A DNA stretch of 64,000 nt from Calcarisporiella thermophila CBS 279.70 (Eukaryota > Fungi > Calcarisporiellomycota), in NCBI RefSeq assembly GCF_041956535.1, contig NW_027192206.1, forward strand, positions 461,488 through 525,487, given 5' to 3'. Within the stretch, counting starts at the first letter, position 1. Each line of letters opens with the position of its first letter. The notes under the pieces were generated by a model. It saw only the letters and a list, made by a program, of their open reading frames with translations. It had not been told where the DNA came from and did no database searches. Below, piece by piece: positions 47,957-60,936 of this stretch. The position numbers and the translations under genes were made by a program.

Positions 47957-50814
47957 ATGAGTGAGCCAAAATCTCCCCTAGTTGGCATCCCCGTCTCACG
48001 CACATCCTCCACCGGTTCAATAAAAGACACGCTCTCACGTAATAGTAGCTTCATTAACAAACTCGGCCAAAACACGGCTAAACGTAGCTTTGTTGACGTG
48101 GAGAGCGGAAGCTACTCACTTAATTTTGAAGATTATGAGATAAAATCACCTATTGGTAGATTATCGACCTTTCTCCATTTGAGCGAGTCACCCTGATGCC
48201 AATTCGATCTTTTTTGTTCGTTTAGGATTCGGCTCTTCTGCAGTCGTATACCATGCGATCTATAAACCAACCAACAAAAAGGTTGCTATTAAGATGATTG
48301 ATTTAGATTTATTCGAGCGCAATCAAATTGATGAATTACGAGTAAAATTTTCATATCTGATATGTTATTGGAGTCCAATTTAAATTAATGGTCCTTCTTC
48401 TTTGATAGAGAGAGACACAGGTGATGGCTCTCTGTAAGCATTGCAATCTTCTTAGCGTTCATGGTGCATTCGTGCACGATTCTAAACTTTATCTTGTAAC
48501 GCCGTACCTTTCTGGAGGTGAACATAAATACTTAATTCACCTTGTATGTATAATGTTAATTTTGCAAAAAAAAAGGATCGTGCCTGGATATCATGCGGAA
48601 CGCATTTCCAGAGGGGTTCGATGAGATTTCAATAGCCACTATTTTGAAGCAAGCATTGCAAGGATTAGAGTATTTGCATAAGAATGGGCACATTCATAGG
48701 TGCGTGAAGATGCTTTGATTGAATTGTAACACGTCCTGTAGTGAACTAGTATCTATTTGTAGAGATATCAAGTCTGGTAACTTGCTTATGGATGAAGATG
48801 GCTCGGTTATGCTTGCCGATTTTGGCGTGAGCTCATCTCTTATGGAGAGTGGAGAACGTAGAGGCAAACGAAAAACCTTTGTAGGAACACCATGCTGGCT
48901 TGCCCCAGAAGTGGTGCGTTTTTTATTTTCCCATCATTTTCGCCGATTTAGAGTATTCGCTCTAACTAGCGTATATCTTCTCAGATCGAACAAAGTGGTG
49001 GGTATGACTACAAAGCCGATATCTGGTCATTTGGAATTACAGCCATCGAATTAGCTACGGGGCATGCTCCTTTCTCGAAATATCCGCCATTGAAGGTGAG
49101 CGCTAAGAGGGTATATGGGTGGGTGGTTTTGATCCAAGCTTAACTCTTACAGGTACTAATGATGACGATCTCGAACGATCCACCCACGCTGGATCGAGAA
49201 ACGACTAAGCACAAGTACTCAAAAACATTCAAGGATATGATTGACACGTGTCTGCAAAAAGACCCCCAAAAGCGGTATGCTCTATCCGCTGTGTTCTTCT
49301 TCTTAATTAAGCGTTTAACTCTTCCCTTGGATAGACCTGCCGCTGAAAAGTTACTTCTGCATCCTTTCTTTAAACAAGCCAAGAAGCGCGATTTTTTGGT
49401 TAAATCCCTCCTTTCCAATTTACCACCATTAGAACATCGACAACATAAGAGTATATAAAATATTGACACGCTCAATGATGCCTTATTAATTTTGAAATTA
49501 TATGAGAACAGAGGTGCAACATAAACGACATGTGTATCAGAAGGGTGTCTCTTGGGATTTCGACGGTGCGACCTCCGAGGGCTTAGGTCCTTCGCTGAGC
49601 ACTGAGGACGAGAGCAACGCCGATAATATGAAAATAGAAGTCAAAAAACCTGTGGAAAATGTCCCTCCGTCTGCCATCATCAAGGATGATCAAAAGTCGG
49701 CATTTCCCGAGCAGCAGAGTAAACATATAGCGTTCGTTCCTGGGGACGTGGTTGCAGTGAACAAGAGCCCTGTGGTATCGCCTGGAGAATGGTCAAAAAA
49801 TGAAGTGGGGAGCGAATTTTTGGCTGATGGAACAGGCATAGGTGCTGGGGCCCAAGAGCAAAAATTCAAACCAGGAGTAAAGGATAAAGACGAGGGCTTT
49901 AATCAAGTACATGAAGGGGAAATCCCACCGAGAAAAGGTATGTAAAATAAAATAAATTTGGAATGGAACTCTAGGGCGAACCGGTTCTTTTTCTATGATA
50001 GCTCGCGAGATTCGGTTGAAGCAACCTCTCCCTTATCCACTTTCCATTCCAAAACACTTTTCACCAGCTCCGATCCACTCTGCACCTTCTCATGGATCTA
50101 CCTTTAGTTCTCCTCCACTCTCAGCTCAGCCCTTGTCAAGGGAATCTTCTACTTCTCGTGATGAAGGCTGCAGGTGCGGTCGCTTCACAATAGAGCGGCC
50201 GGAGTACGTAGAGTGTATGGGTATCGGGCGAAGGGGCCGTTTCGAAGTCTCGACGGAGGACACAAAAAGAGGAGGTATGGGGCACTCCACGGGGGGCGGT
50301 TCCGAGTCTTCGGAACGCGATTCAGTAAATGGCTCGCCCTCATTGAGTCCATACTCTTCGATTTCGCGGGGGCAGCAGTCACATGCTTCAAAATTGGATC
50401 CTGCAGCTATAGGACCTCGATTAGAGTTTCTAGTGCGGCAGAATGAGTTACAAAAACAAATGCTTACAGAGCTGATAGCGGGAATAAGTAGCGGCGGAAA
50501 GTCATTGGGTAACATGGAGGACGAAAGCCTAGAGAGGTGAATTAAACTTGGTGAGATGCTTAGCTGGGAATAATGACTTACTTTATCCCAAACTTTTGTA
50601 TAGGTTGACCCATATAGGTGGACAACCCTACAGTGAATCTTCAGCCCATTCGTCTATGCTTTACCGCCAGCTACGTTCTCTAATAGGAGAGAACGAAAAG
50701 CTTCGCCAGGAAAATGCGCGTTTGCATAGTGAAGTGGACCGGCTCACCCGGAATATTAATGGTAACGACGAAGCGACAAAACCTTTGGGTACCGAAAATG
50801 AGCGGGACAAATAA
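47957..50814 (+). CDS. Ste20-family kinase, OSR1/SPAK (Fray)-like, multi-exon
   Basis: IG|[20 protein letters not shown]|[42 protein letters not shown]; C-terminal coiled coils. Confidence 0.92.
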
Positions 50815-51347
50815 GCAGTGGTAAAGCCAAATGGACAAGAAGGGAGGTAGCAAAAAGCGTGGGTCAGCGCTGGGATACATGCCTCGAAGAAGCATACGGT
50901 GGATGTTTAAAATATTTGTATTTCAACCCTATCTTAAATGTAATTTTAATGTAATCAGCACTCACACTTGACTCTTCTCCCAAGACCAATGAAGATCCAA
51001 ACAAGAAACATCTTCGCTGAATCGATATTAAGAAATGCCTTACAATATAATCATTTCTCTATTTAACCTAAAAATACAAGACTAACGCAAAGGTGAATAA
51101 CCATACCAATAAGATAGCCACCTTATAAGCACTTTGTCGTTAAACGAAGGATATAATTTATATTCAAAAAGAGAATAAAAAAAATCCAATACAAGTTATA
51201 TAAAAGTATCTAGTTGCACACCACAGAAGGATAAAAAATCATAAATAATATTAAGATAGCAAGGGAGAAAAGAGCCCGACGAAGAAAAAAAATCCACGGA
51301 ACATAAGGAAATAACCAAGGTAACGTACAAAACAGTGGTTTTAAAAA

Positions 51348-52787
51348 TTAACGTCCTCCCAATAGCTCCATTTTGCGATTCTTTTCCTTGAACTCTAGCA
51401 TGGTGTACCAGGCTCCCCCCATAAGAGTCAAGACAATGCCAAAACCGCCTAGGGCCGTCACAGTCTCTCCAAACAGCGGCACCACCACCAGGATGGTTAA
51501 GACTTGCTTGACGTTTCCGGCCACCGTCATCATCAGTGCGCTAGTCTTACCGTTTGAAGTGAAGCTCACCACGTTCAGGAAAAACGCCATCACGCCATTA
51601 AGAGCAATCAACAAGAATACGGAGGGAGTCATTTGCGTGTACCAGAAATCGGACACTTGGGTCAATTCGCCAGTAAGGCGGGCGTACATGAGGGATTGTA
51701 TAAAGGCAAGCGGCGACATGCGATAAAGCACATCCATGGGGTGGAGCTTTAGCTTGCCCACTTGTACACGATTGGTGACCACGGTTTTGAGGGCTGCAAG
51801 GAACGCACTTAAAACGGTTAGGAAAAGGCCTATATGCAGTAAGGTTGTAGTGGGATTATCAAGTTTGAAAATTCGGAGACTTTCATAGGTTTCATCAGGA
51901 TGCATACCAAATGAGGACTTGTATCCAAGATCGCCCAGCGAAGTGAAAGTGACCCCAGCTACAATCTAACGTTATAGCGATGTTGATACAGTTAGCTAAG
52001 CCCGTCTGAAATAAATAATGGAGGTACCCTTATCTAACTTACTGGTATAAGAGAGATATAGATTGCAGAGGGGTATTGCTTTTTCAATACCATTACAGAC
52101 AGTCCAATCGTGAACAAGGGTGTCATTGCGCGAATGATTTGATGAAGCTGATATAACAGAAAAAAATGACGGTAGGTAAAATCCGGTTAGAGTATAGGTC
52201 AAAAACATTATCCCAATCATCAAAGTATATCTACCGATATTTTTACTAGTTGTCTATTCCGCCAAAAAAAAATCATAAATTTTGTTAGTAGCCGAATTGT
52301 CGATAGCGCACCTAATAATAACTTACAGGGCCACGTTGCTTACTGCAATATTAAGGGTGTACAGAAGCGAGAACATCAGCATCACCATATTCTCCTGGTG
52401 ACTCAAGCGTGTTGGCTTGAAATGACCCATCTTAGCCGCAAACAATGTTCCCACTGCACCACATAATGTGTGGATGGCCGTAACGGTAAATGGAAACTTA
52501 AATCCTAGACTTTCAAAGACCGCTTTGTTGTAGATGGTTAAGACGAGGTTGAAGAAGAAGTAGAGGCCAAGCCATATATATGAATCAATGACGTTCGATT
52601 TTGCGGTAGGGGCGGTTGTTAAAGGAGTCGGTAAGGATTGGCCAGACTTAAGGCTAGACTGATGAAGCGGTGATGAAGTGGTCTGTGTAGTGATGATGGA
52701 AGGAGGAGCAAAGGGACTGAGCTTTAAGCGCGAGAAGGACGATTTGCGCTCGGTAATTGGCGATGGGGGAGAGGCTACATCGATCAG
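51348..52787 (-). CDS. Nucleotide-sugar / triose-phosphate transporter family (TPT, SLC35E-like); start codon uncertain
   Basis: WLGLYFFFNLVLTIYNKAV, FKFPFTVTAIH, LHQIIRAMTPLF, KTSALMMTVAGNVKQVL. Confidence 0.85.
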
Positions 52788-53195
52788 ATTAGAGTACGGT
52801 AGGGAGACTGATGTGCTCCGCGGCCGTGAGGCGAAAGGGAATCTTGATGGTGGAATTTTGGGTGGATATTAATATGGCTGAGAACGGCGGGCCAGAGAGG
52901 GGGGAGGGGGAGAGGACGGGGATGGTGATGCTCTTCAAAAGCAATATGCAGTTTGTTAAAAATAGAACAACCAAGAATAGTTGGAAATAGAACAGACGTT
53001 GGCCGCGCCTCGCAAAATCAAAATAAGTTAAAGTAAGACTGATTGGTTCGAATGATTCGATGTAAAGCAAGGGACCGCTCGAAAAGGGAAATCTCTGCTT
53101 CCATTAACCAAATCGGATTTATTTCAAGGAAAAAAGGAACAGGAACACTATTGCTAATTCACTACCCTATAAGTTATATTCTCTAGAATTGTCCT

Positions 53196-56055
53196 CTAGA
53201 TCTGGTTCTTTATTGCCTTGCTCTCCTTAAGCTTGACCAATCTCTCCACGACCTCCTTGAGAGGCACCGTCTCCGTCTTGCCCTTCGTTCCAACATCGTC
53301 ACGATTGCGCACATTGACAGACTGGGTGCTCTCTTCCTCAGCGCCCACCACTAGATGATGAAATGGCAAAGAGGGCGATCAGTTATTCAAAGCATTGAGA
53401 AACTCGAATTGTTCGAGAAAGAAGCAATTAGGGTTTAGACAATGTTCTACATACCGAAGATAAAGTTATATTGTGCAAGCTCTCCATTGCGAATCTTCTT
53501 ATTAAGTGTATTGTCGCCCAGATCTGCATCTGCAAACAAGCCAGCATCATGCAAAGCCTGTCTTACACGCTCAGCATAGGCGAAAAATGGTGCGGAAACG
53601 GGAACGACAAGGACCTGGCGAGGACTGATCCAGAACGGCCACTTTCCTCCATAGTGCTCAGTGAGAATAGCGATCATCCGCTCCACAGATCCGAGGACGG
53701 CACGGTGGATAATCACCGGTCGAGAGTATTGTTCTCCCTCCGAGTTCTCATTGCGATACTGGAGATCGAACCGCTCCGGAAGCATGAAATCAAGCTGAAT
53801 CGTGGCACACTGGTGCTTCCTCCTAAGTGCATCCGAAATCTTCACATCAATCTTCGGCCCATAGAAGGCACCATCTCCAGGATTGAGTTCCCAGGGCTCT
53901 CCAAGCTTGTTCAAAGCGCCCTCTAATCTTCTCTCAGCATCATTCCAGACTTCCACGCTTCCAAGATATTTCTCCGGTCTCGTGGAGAGCTTCAACGAAA
54001 ATTCAAATCCGAAAATTCCATACACCCGCTTCAAAAAGTCAAATACTCCTTCCATTTCGGTATCAAGTTGATCTTGACGGCAGAAGATGTGAGCATCATC
54101 TTGCTGGAAACGGCGCACACGGGTAAGACCAGTGAGGGCTCCAGAGAATTCATTGCGGTGAAGCACACCGAAATCGGCTAAGCGTAGAGGAAGTTCGCGA
54201 TAGGACCGCTCGCGGTGGGCGAACATCAGACAGTGACCCGGGCAGTTCATAGGTTTAAGCGCAAACTTTTCCTTTTCAACTTCGAATGCAAACATATTTT
54301 CCTAGCGATTCGGAAGAGTCGGCGATAAATGAAAATAATTATTCCAGTTAATAAAGTATAACACTCACCGAATAGTTTTGCCAGTGGCCGGACGTCTCCC
54401 ATAATTTAGTGTTGTAGATGTTGGGCGAAACAACTTCATTGAATCCACGGTTGCGATACTCCCCCTATCAGTTGAAGAATAATGGAAACCAGTTTAGCAT
54501 ATGGTTTATCTATCCACCTTAAAAGATTCTTTCGCACTTTAATGAAGTTCATGAGCGTGTTATATATCCGTGCGCCATGGGGGAGGAAGAAACAGCTACC
54601 AGGGCTCAATTCATGGAAGAAGAAAAGCTCTTGTTCCTATAGACAAAGGAGAATGAAAAGAATTAGAGCATGCAAATAGCAGATTCCTACGAAATTTTAG
54701 TCCTATACCTTGCCAATCTTGCGATGGTCGCGTTTTGCCGCCTCTTCAATGAAATGTTTGTATTCTTTCATCTGCTTTGCATCAGGGAAAGAAATACCGT
54801 AAATGCGTTGAAGTGAGTCATTTTCAGAATTTCCAAGGAAGTAGGAGGAGGAGTTCTAGGATCAGAGACAAAAATAATGAGTTATCACGGCCCTTATTTA
54901 TTATGTGCTAATTTTCCCATTTTATCCTCTTAATAAACATACCTTCATAACGGAGAATGCTTTTATACGGCCGGTATTGGGAACGTGCGGACCGCGGCAC
55001 AAATCAATCAGAGGCCCACAACGGTACACAGTCGTTGAGGTACCATCGGGAATCTTATCATTGATAATATGGACTTTATAAGGATTATGCTAAACATCGA
55101 AAATAAAAAATTGGATATTAAAAAAGAGTTCGGGAGAATATATAAGTATAGGGCAGAAGTACCTTGAACATCTCTAAAAGTTCCTCCTTTGTCATTTCAA
55201 GTCGCTCGAATGGTTGCTTCTCCTTCACAATATTTTTTGCGATGGTCTCGAGCGATGGATAATCCTGCGGCGAAACAACTCTAAAAATCGTTGATTTTAG
55301 TCAACAACTCTTTTGATACCACAGTACAAATAATCTGATGAGCTTACCGTTCATTTAATCCGAATTCATAATAAAAGCCATCCTCCAAGGGCGGGCCGAT
55401 GCAGAGGTGACAACCATAGTGTCTTTCTGCTGCCTCACCCAATACGTGAGCGCTTGAGTGCCAGAATACCATCTTGCCCTCATCATGTTCGAAATCCAAA
55501 AGCTCCAATTTGCAGGACGCTTCAAAAGGACGGGTAAGGTCCCAGAGTTGACCATTCACCTTTGCGATGACTACTCTTTCAGCAAGCGATTTAGAAATAT
55601 CGCGGGCAATATCCATTGGGGAGGTTTCCCACGAGGTAGCAGGCTTTTCGGAACCATCGGGTAACGTAATCGTAATAGCCTCGCGGGGTTTAGCTATTAT
55701 ACTCTGGTCATTAAATAAATGGTAATAAAAATAAAATGAGAAAAATTTACCCTTAATTTGCTCATCGTACTTTTTCTTCAGGTCATCGAACATCTTGATA
55801 CGATGCGAAAAATATTCGGGCGGTGGGGTGATCTAAAATTGGTGTTCTTAGCTTTTCAGACAAATGCCTTCACGAATATCCTATTAAAATTCTCCTAACC
55901 TCAAGCGGATATGAACCTTCATTGGCTCCTTCTTTCTTCGCTTTCTTGTCTGCTTTTTTATGTGCTGGGGCAGGCTTTGAAACCGGGGCATTGTTATGAT
56001 GGTGAACAGAAATATCCTCCATTTTTTCGGTAATATTATCGACTATGGTGTCCAT
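53196..56055 (-). CDS. THS1: Threonyl-tRNA synthetase, cytosolic, multi-exon
   Basis: TGS domain (ITITLPDG), [57 protein letters not shown]. Confidence 0.98.
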
Positions 56056-56295
56056 TTTGTCTCTTTTTATCCTAAAAAAAAGGAAGTTCGAGATAAGTCA
56101 GGATGAATTATTTATGAATTAGGCGCGTCAAATTTTGACTCGTTTGGTGGCTTAGTATTTATGTGGTCCAAGGTCGGAAGTTAAAAATGAGCCCATTGAT
56201 GAAAGGTGGCCAAGTTCTATTCGCAATTTTAATTAAATTCTTTCTCTTTACTCTTTCATATCTCCTATTTACTTATATCATCATTATAGATACCC

Positions 56296-57481
56296 ATGGC
56301 ACATATTGATACAGAACAACCGATACCAGAGCAGAATACCACAATAATACCCAAATTCATCCTTGCTCTTCTCCAAATTTCCTTTGTTGAACTACTACTT
56401 ATGGGTTCGTTTATTTTTGGGGGATGCTGTACGAATGTGTATACACTTGAGGTGCTCGTCAGGTAGAATGCAGTATGAATGATCTCTGTAGAATCTAGCT
56501 AACGCCTACTTTTATGAAAAATAGCTCAGAACCTTCAACGGGACATCTCATAACGTTCTTGCAATTTCTTTTTGTTTCTCTCGTGTCCTTCCCCATTCAT
56601 TTAATCCCCACCTCCTTTAGCTCTATTTTCCGCCACCAAATACCCCACATCCCTCTTTGGCGCTGGGCCGTTCAAACACTCCTATTTTTCTCTGCAAGTT
56701 TGCTTAACAACTGGGCACTCGCTTTTAATATCGGCGTTCCCTTGCACATTGTTTTTAGGAGTGGTGGTCTCGCATTTTGCATGGTGGTTGGATGGATCAA
56801 TGGAAGAAATTATACCAAAGGGGAGGTAATAGGCGTTGGGTTTGTAAGTCTTGGGGTTATTGTTGCAACTCTAGGGTGTGTAAACTCACAAGAAAAGGTA
56901 ATTTTGTGTATTCATTTTTGATAGAGTCGTGATTTACTATTTATTTTAACAAATGTTTCTAACAGATCAATCAGTCGCCAACCGATACTTTCGAGGTTAT
57001 GAAAGGTGTCACTATCCTGTCAGCTGCCCTATTATTGACGACCGCAATGTCTTATTTTCAAGAAAACACTGTCCGTATTCACGGTCAACAACAATGGCGT
57101 GAAGGCCTTTTTTACTTACATTTTTTCGGGCTCCCTCTCTTCCTTCCTTTCCGCCGCCAAATACTGCACCAGCTTCACCTTCTTCTTACCAATCAATCGC
57201 CTTACCTATGGCATTTCCTTTTACTCAATGTAGTTACACAATATATTTGCTTGTTGGGCGTCCATCGATTGACGGCTATGGCCAGCGCGCTTACACTGCA
57301 TGTTGTATTGAGCGTGAGAAAGGTGCTCTCGCTGGGCATATCATTGTTGGTTTTTCGAGGGAGAAATAAGGCAACTGGGGAAATGGCTGTCTTATGGGGA
57401 ACATTGCTAGTTTGCTGTGGCACGATATTTTATTCATGGAGTCATATACGTTGTGACACTGCAAAGAAGAAGCTAGCTTAA
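56296..57481 (+). CDS. YEA4: UDP-GlcNAc/UDP-xylose transporter (UAA family, SLC35B4/Yea4), 3 exons
   Basis: IFGGCCTNVYTLE, GHLITFLQF, LNNWALAFNIGVPLHIVFRSG, WREGLFYLH, SVRKVLSL; C-terminal KKLA. Confidence 0.9.
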
Positions 57482-58464
57482 TTGTAATTGTTTAGTCTTG
57501 TTCATTTCTGTAATTATAGAGTCGATATCTATATATATATGTTGCTCTTCTAGTTTCATCTTACTCTCCCCCCATTTTTTCACCACGCTAATTCTATATC
57601 CTTGTATATAGCTCATTCTTTTGCAATAATGTTAAGATTTTGAACTCGTATTTTATTTTTTGAAATAGCCTCTTTTTACATTTTCCTTATTTCAATATCG
57701 AAACAGCTTACAGATTGTATCATGATAAATGGGCGTCAGCCCGGACTTTCAATAACAGGCTTAGATTTCCGCATGCATGCTTATCAGAGTGTCCGCATAC
57801 ACCATTCGATTTTGGATGAGTGCATGTGGGTATCCATCTCATCAAGTTTCCATTTTTGGAAGCCAATAATCACAATAAATGGCTAGAGTTATAGATATTA
57901 TCCTTCTCTTGTAATTATTAGTTGGGTCGATTTGCCAAGAGCGTGAACGAGAATGGTTCCCAGAACAACAAACATTGATTCACCCTGGGATGGTTAGGCG
58001 CAAGAGGGGAGGAGGGATGCATGGTAATAGATTACAGGATAATTAGTCCTAAGTTCGTGTATTTTAAAAAGAACTCTCGCCAAGCCACTTCGCCGTCAGT
58101 TGCACAGAAAACTTTCGGTGGTTATTCTGCATTTCTTATTCTTTTTGTTCTTTTGAACACTGGAAATCCATAGGACTCATCCGTCAAACTCATTCCTTTC
58201 CTTTTTCATATTTTGGGAGGAGAAAACCACATCATCAGCTTTACACATATTTATTTTTTTGGCACTTTTATGCTATTGATGGAATTTTATTAGTGGACAA
58301 TTTACGCACCTCAGAATCACCTCAGTAAGCCCTGAGATGTGTATTTTACTCTCGCCCTATTTTATCCTTTAATTAGCCCCTCCTTTTTTTCATCCTTCAT
58401 TTTCTCCTATTAAATAACCTCTCCTCTTGAACTACTTGTTAGCTCTAAGGCTTCTCATCATTGC

Positions 58465-60458
58465 ATGATTGGCATAATGGCCAACACGCGTAACACTGTT
58501 AGCCCTACTCCTAACGTTAAGCCAGCCCAGCGTACCTATTCAAGTCGTACTATCTACACGCCTCATAAGCTCTCAGAATCGTTTTCACTCAAGGACAAAG
58601 CTCACACACTTCCGACACATCACATTCCAAGTAATCGCAAGATAGACGCAGTATCGACTCGACTAAGTTTTGAGGTTAAGCAGCAGGAGGCAGCGGCGGT
58701 GCATAAAGAACAGAAGCAACGTGATGAACCAGTATTGGCGACGATTCCACGGTTATCGCACGACTCAACACAGCGTCAGCCTATTTCGCATCCAACTAAA
58801 GAAGTAAAGGTCAATGGGTATAATCCTAATATACAACGCTCTGCTACGTACGTCGCTCCACGCCGCACAACTACAGCTGTATCAAGCGCCATTCCGCGTC
58901 GTAATTCCTACGTTCATGGGAATGATGGGAAAGAACTACTTGAACTTCAGGAAGAGCTCGCACGGCGAAAGGCTCGCCGCTTGTCAAAACTCAAGCGCTC
59001 TGATGATGAAGTCTTAGTCGGGACTCGCATTGATGAGGGCCATGTTAATTATGTGCTGATGTATAATATGCTGACGGGTATTCGAGTCTCCGTTTCACGA
59101 TGCACGGCGAAACCCCAGCAAACTTTAACAGATATGGATTTTTCCGCCGCACATAAGATGACATTCGATATGTTAGTGCCAACTCGAAACTATTTGAATA
59201 GCAAGCTAATTGCTTTTTTGTTTGACTTAGTAATGGAAATGAGCTCACTCCTTCTGCGAAATACGATTTCAAGTTCAAAGATTATGCCCCTTGGGTCTTC
59301 CGCCATCTGCGTGAATTATTCGGCATAAATCCGGCAGATTATCTTATGTCACTGACGAACAAGTACGTTTTGTCTGAGCTCAGCTCGTCTGGCAAAAGCG
59401 GTGCTTTCTTTTACTACTCGCAAGATTATCGGTTCATCATCAAAACAATACACCATTCAGAACACAAATGGATGCGAAGAATTTTAAAGCGATATTATGA
59501 GGTGATTATTCTTAGATGGACACTCGCCAGACATTTTATCAATTTTCTTTTTTTTTTTGTTCCATAACAGCACGTAAAAGAAAATCCTAACACGCTCCTT
59601 TGCCGGTTTTATGGACTTCACCGTGTTAAACTACCCCACGGGAGGAAGATTCATTTCGTCGTAATGCAGAATGTATTCCCAGCCGACAAGGATATCCACG
59701 AGACTTTTGACTTGAAGGGGTCAACTATCGGGCGTTCAATTTCTGAAGAGGAAGCTCGCACGAATCCTCGTGCTGTGATGAAAGATTTAAATTGGCTGGA
59801 ACGCGAAAAACATCTTGAATTAGGACCTGAAAAAAGACAGATGTTTATCAACCAGCTGGAGCGAGATGTACGTTTGCTCCAGGAACTGAACATTATGGAT
59901 TATTCGCTCTTGGTTGGAATCCATGACCGCTCCAGAGGGAACAAAGATAACTTACGCGAGAATAGTCTATGGGTTTTTCAGGTAAATAGTCAGATGGAAT
60001 CAGTCTAATACCAATTATATTAAAGGCGGTTGCTAAATATATTTTTGACGTAGCCTGATGCTGTGAAAGAGGAGCGTGGTCTCCAGCGGATACCCTCCAA
60101 ACGTTCTGGTACAGTTGGTGCACTTCGTAAAGCTGTGGTGGAGTCCGATCCGGTTCGAGTTTCCTCATCATCCAATAAGCTTCCGAATGAAGCGGCTCCT
60201 GAGCGGTTTAAATGCGCTTTCTATGCTGACGAGGGTGGCTTTATGTCCACAAACGAACAAAACCAGGCCTCGAAGGAGCTGTACTACTTGGGGATTATCG
60301 ATATTCTAACCCCCTACAATTTAACAAAAAAGGCCGAGCATTTCTTTAAATCCCTGACTCAGGATAAATGTGGGATTTCAGCCGTTCACCCGCAAGAATA
60401 TGGTCAACGTTTCCTGAGATTTATTAAAGGAGCTGTTAAACGAGACAAACAAGAATAG
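58465..60458 (+). CDS. MSS4: 1-phosphatidylinositol-4-phosphate 5-kinase (Mss4/Its3), multi-exon
   Basis: [66 protein letters not shown]. Confidence 0.96.
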
Positions 60459-60936
60459 TATGAATCAGTTAAGATCGTACGGGTCATGGAGTTTTTGGTA
60501 TACCTATTTGTATCTTATACTTTCTTCTAAGGAATTGTAATTTCTGCAGCCCTTCCTTTTATATTCCCCCTTCCACTCCTTTTTATATCTCCACTATCCT
60601 CAAGCGTCCCCACTACCCGTTGTTTGGGGATTTGGGACTATTCACGACCTACTTTCCCATCCCGACCAATACCCTCTGATATTCTTTCCTCAACCTACTC
60701 TTTTGACTCATTCCGTTCCTTTTATCGACCTTTTTAGTATTTCCTCTTCTCTATTCCTGCTAGCACTATCTCAACCATGAAACGTGTAAGTGCATACCAC
60801 CCTTTTCAGAGATTGTCTTTTTTTGTAGAGTTTTTGTTCTTTGTTCTTTTTTTTTTGTTCTCTTTCGTTTTCAGACTCTATTCTCAAAAATAAAAAAAAA
60901 TTATATTACACTACTCGGCATTTTAATTTCGTACTT

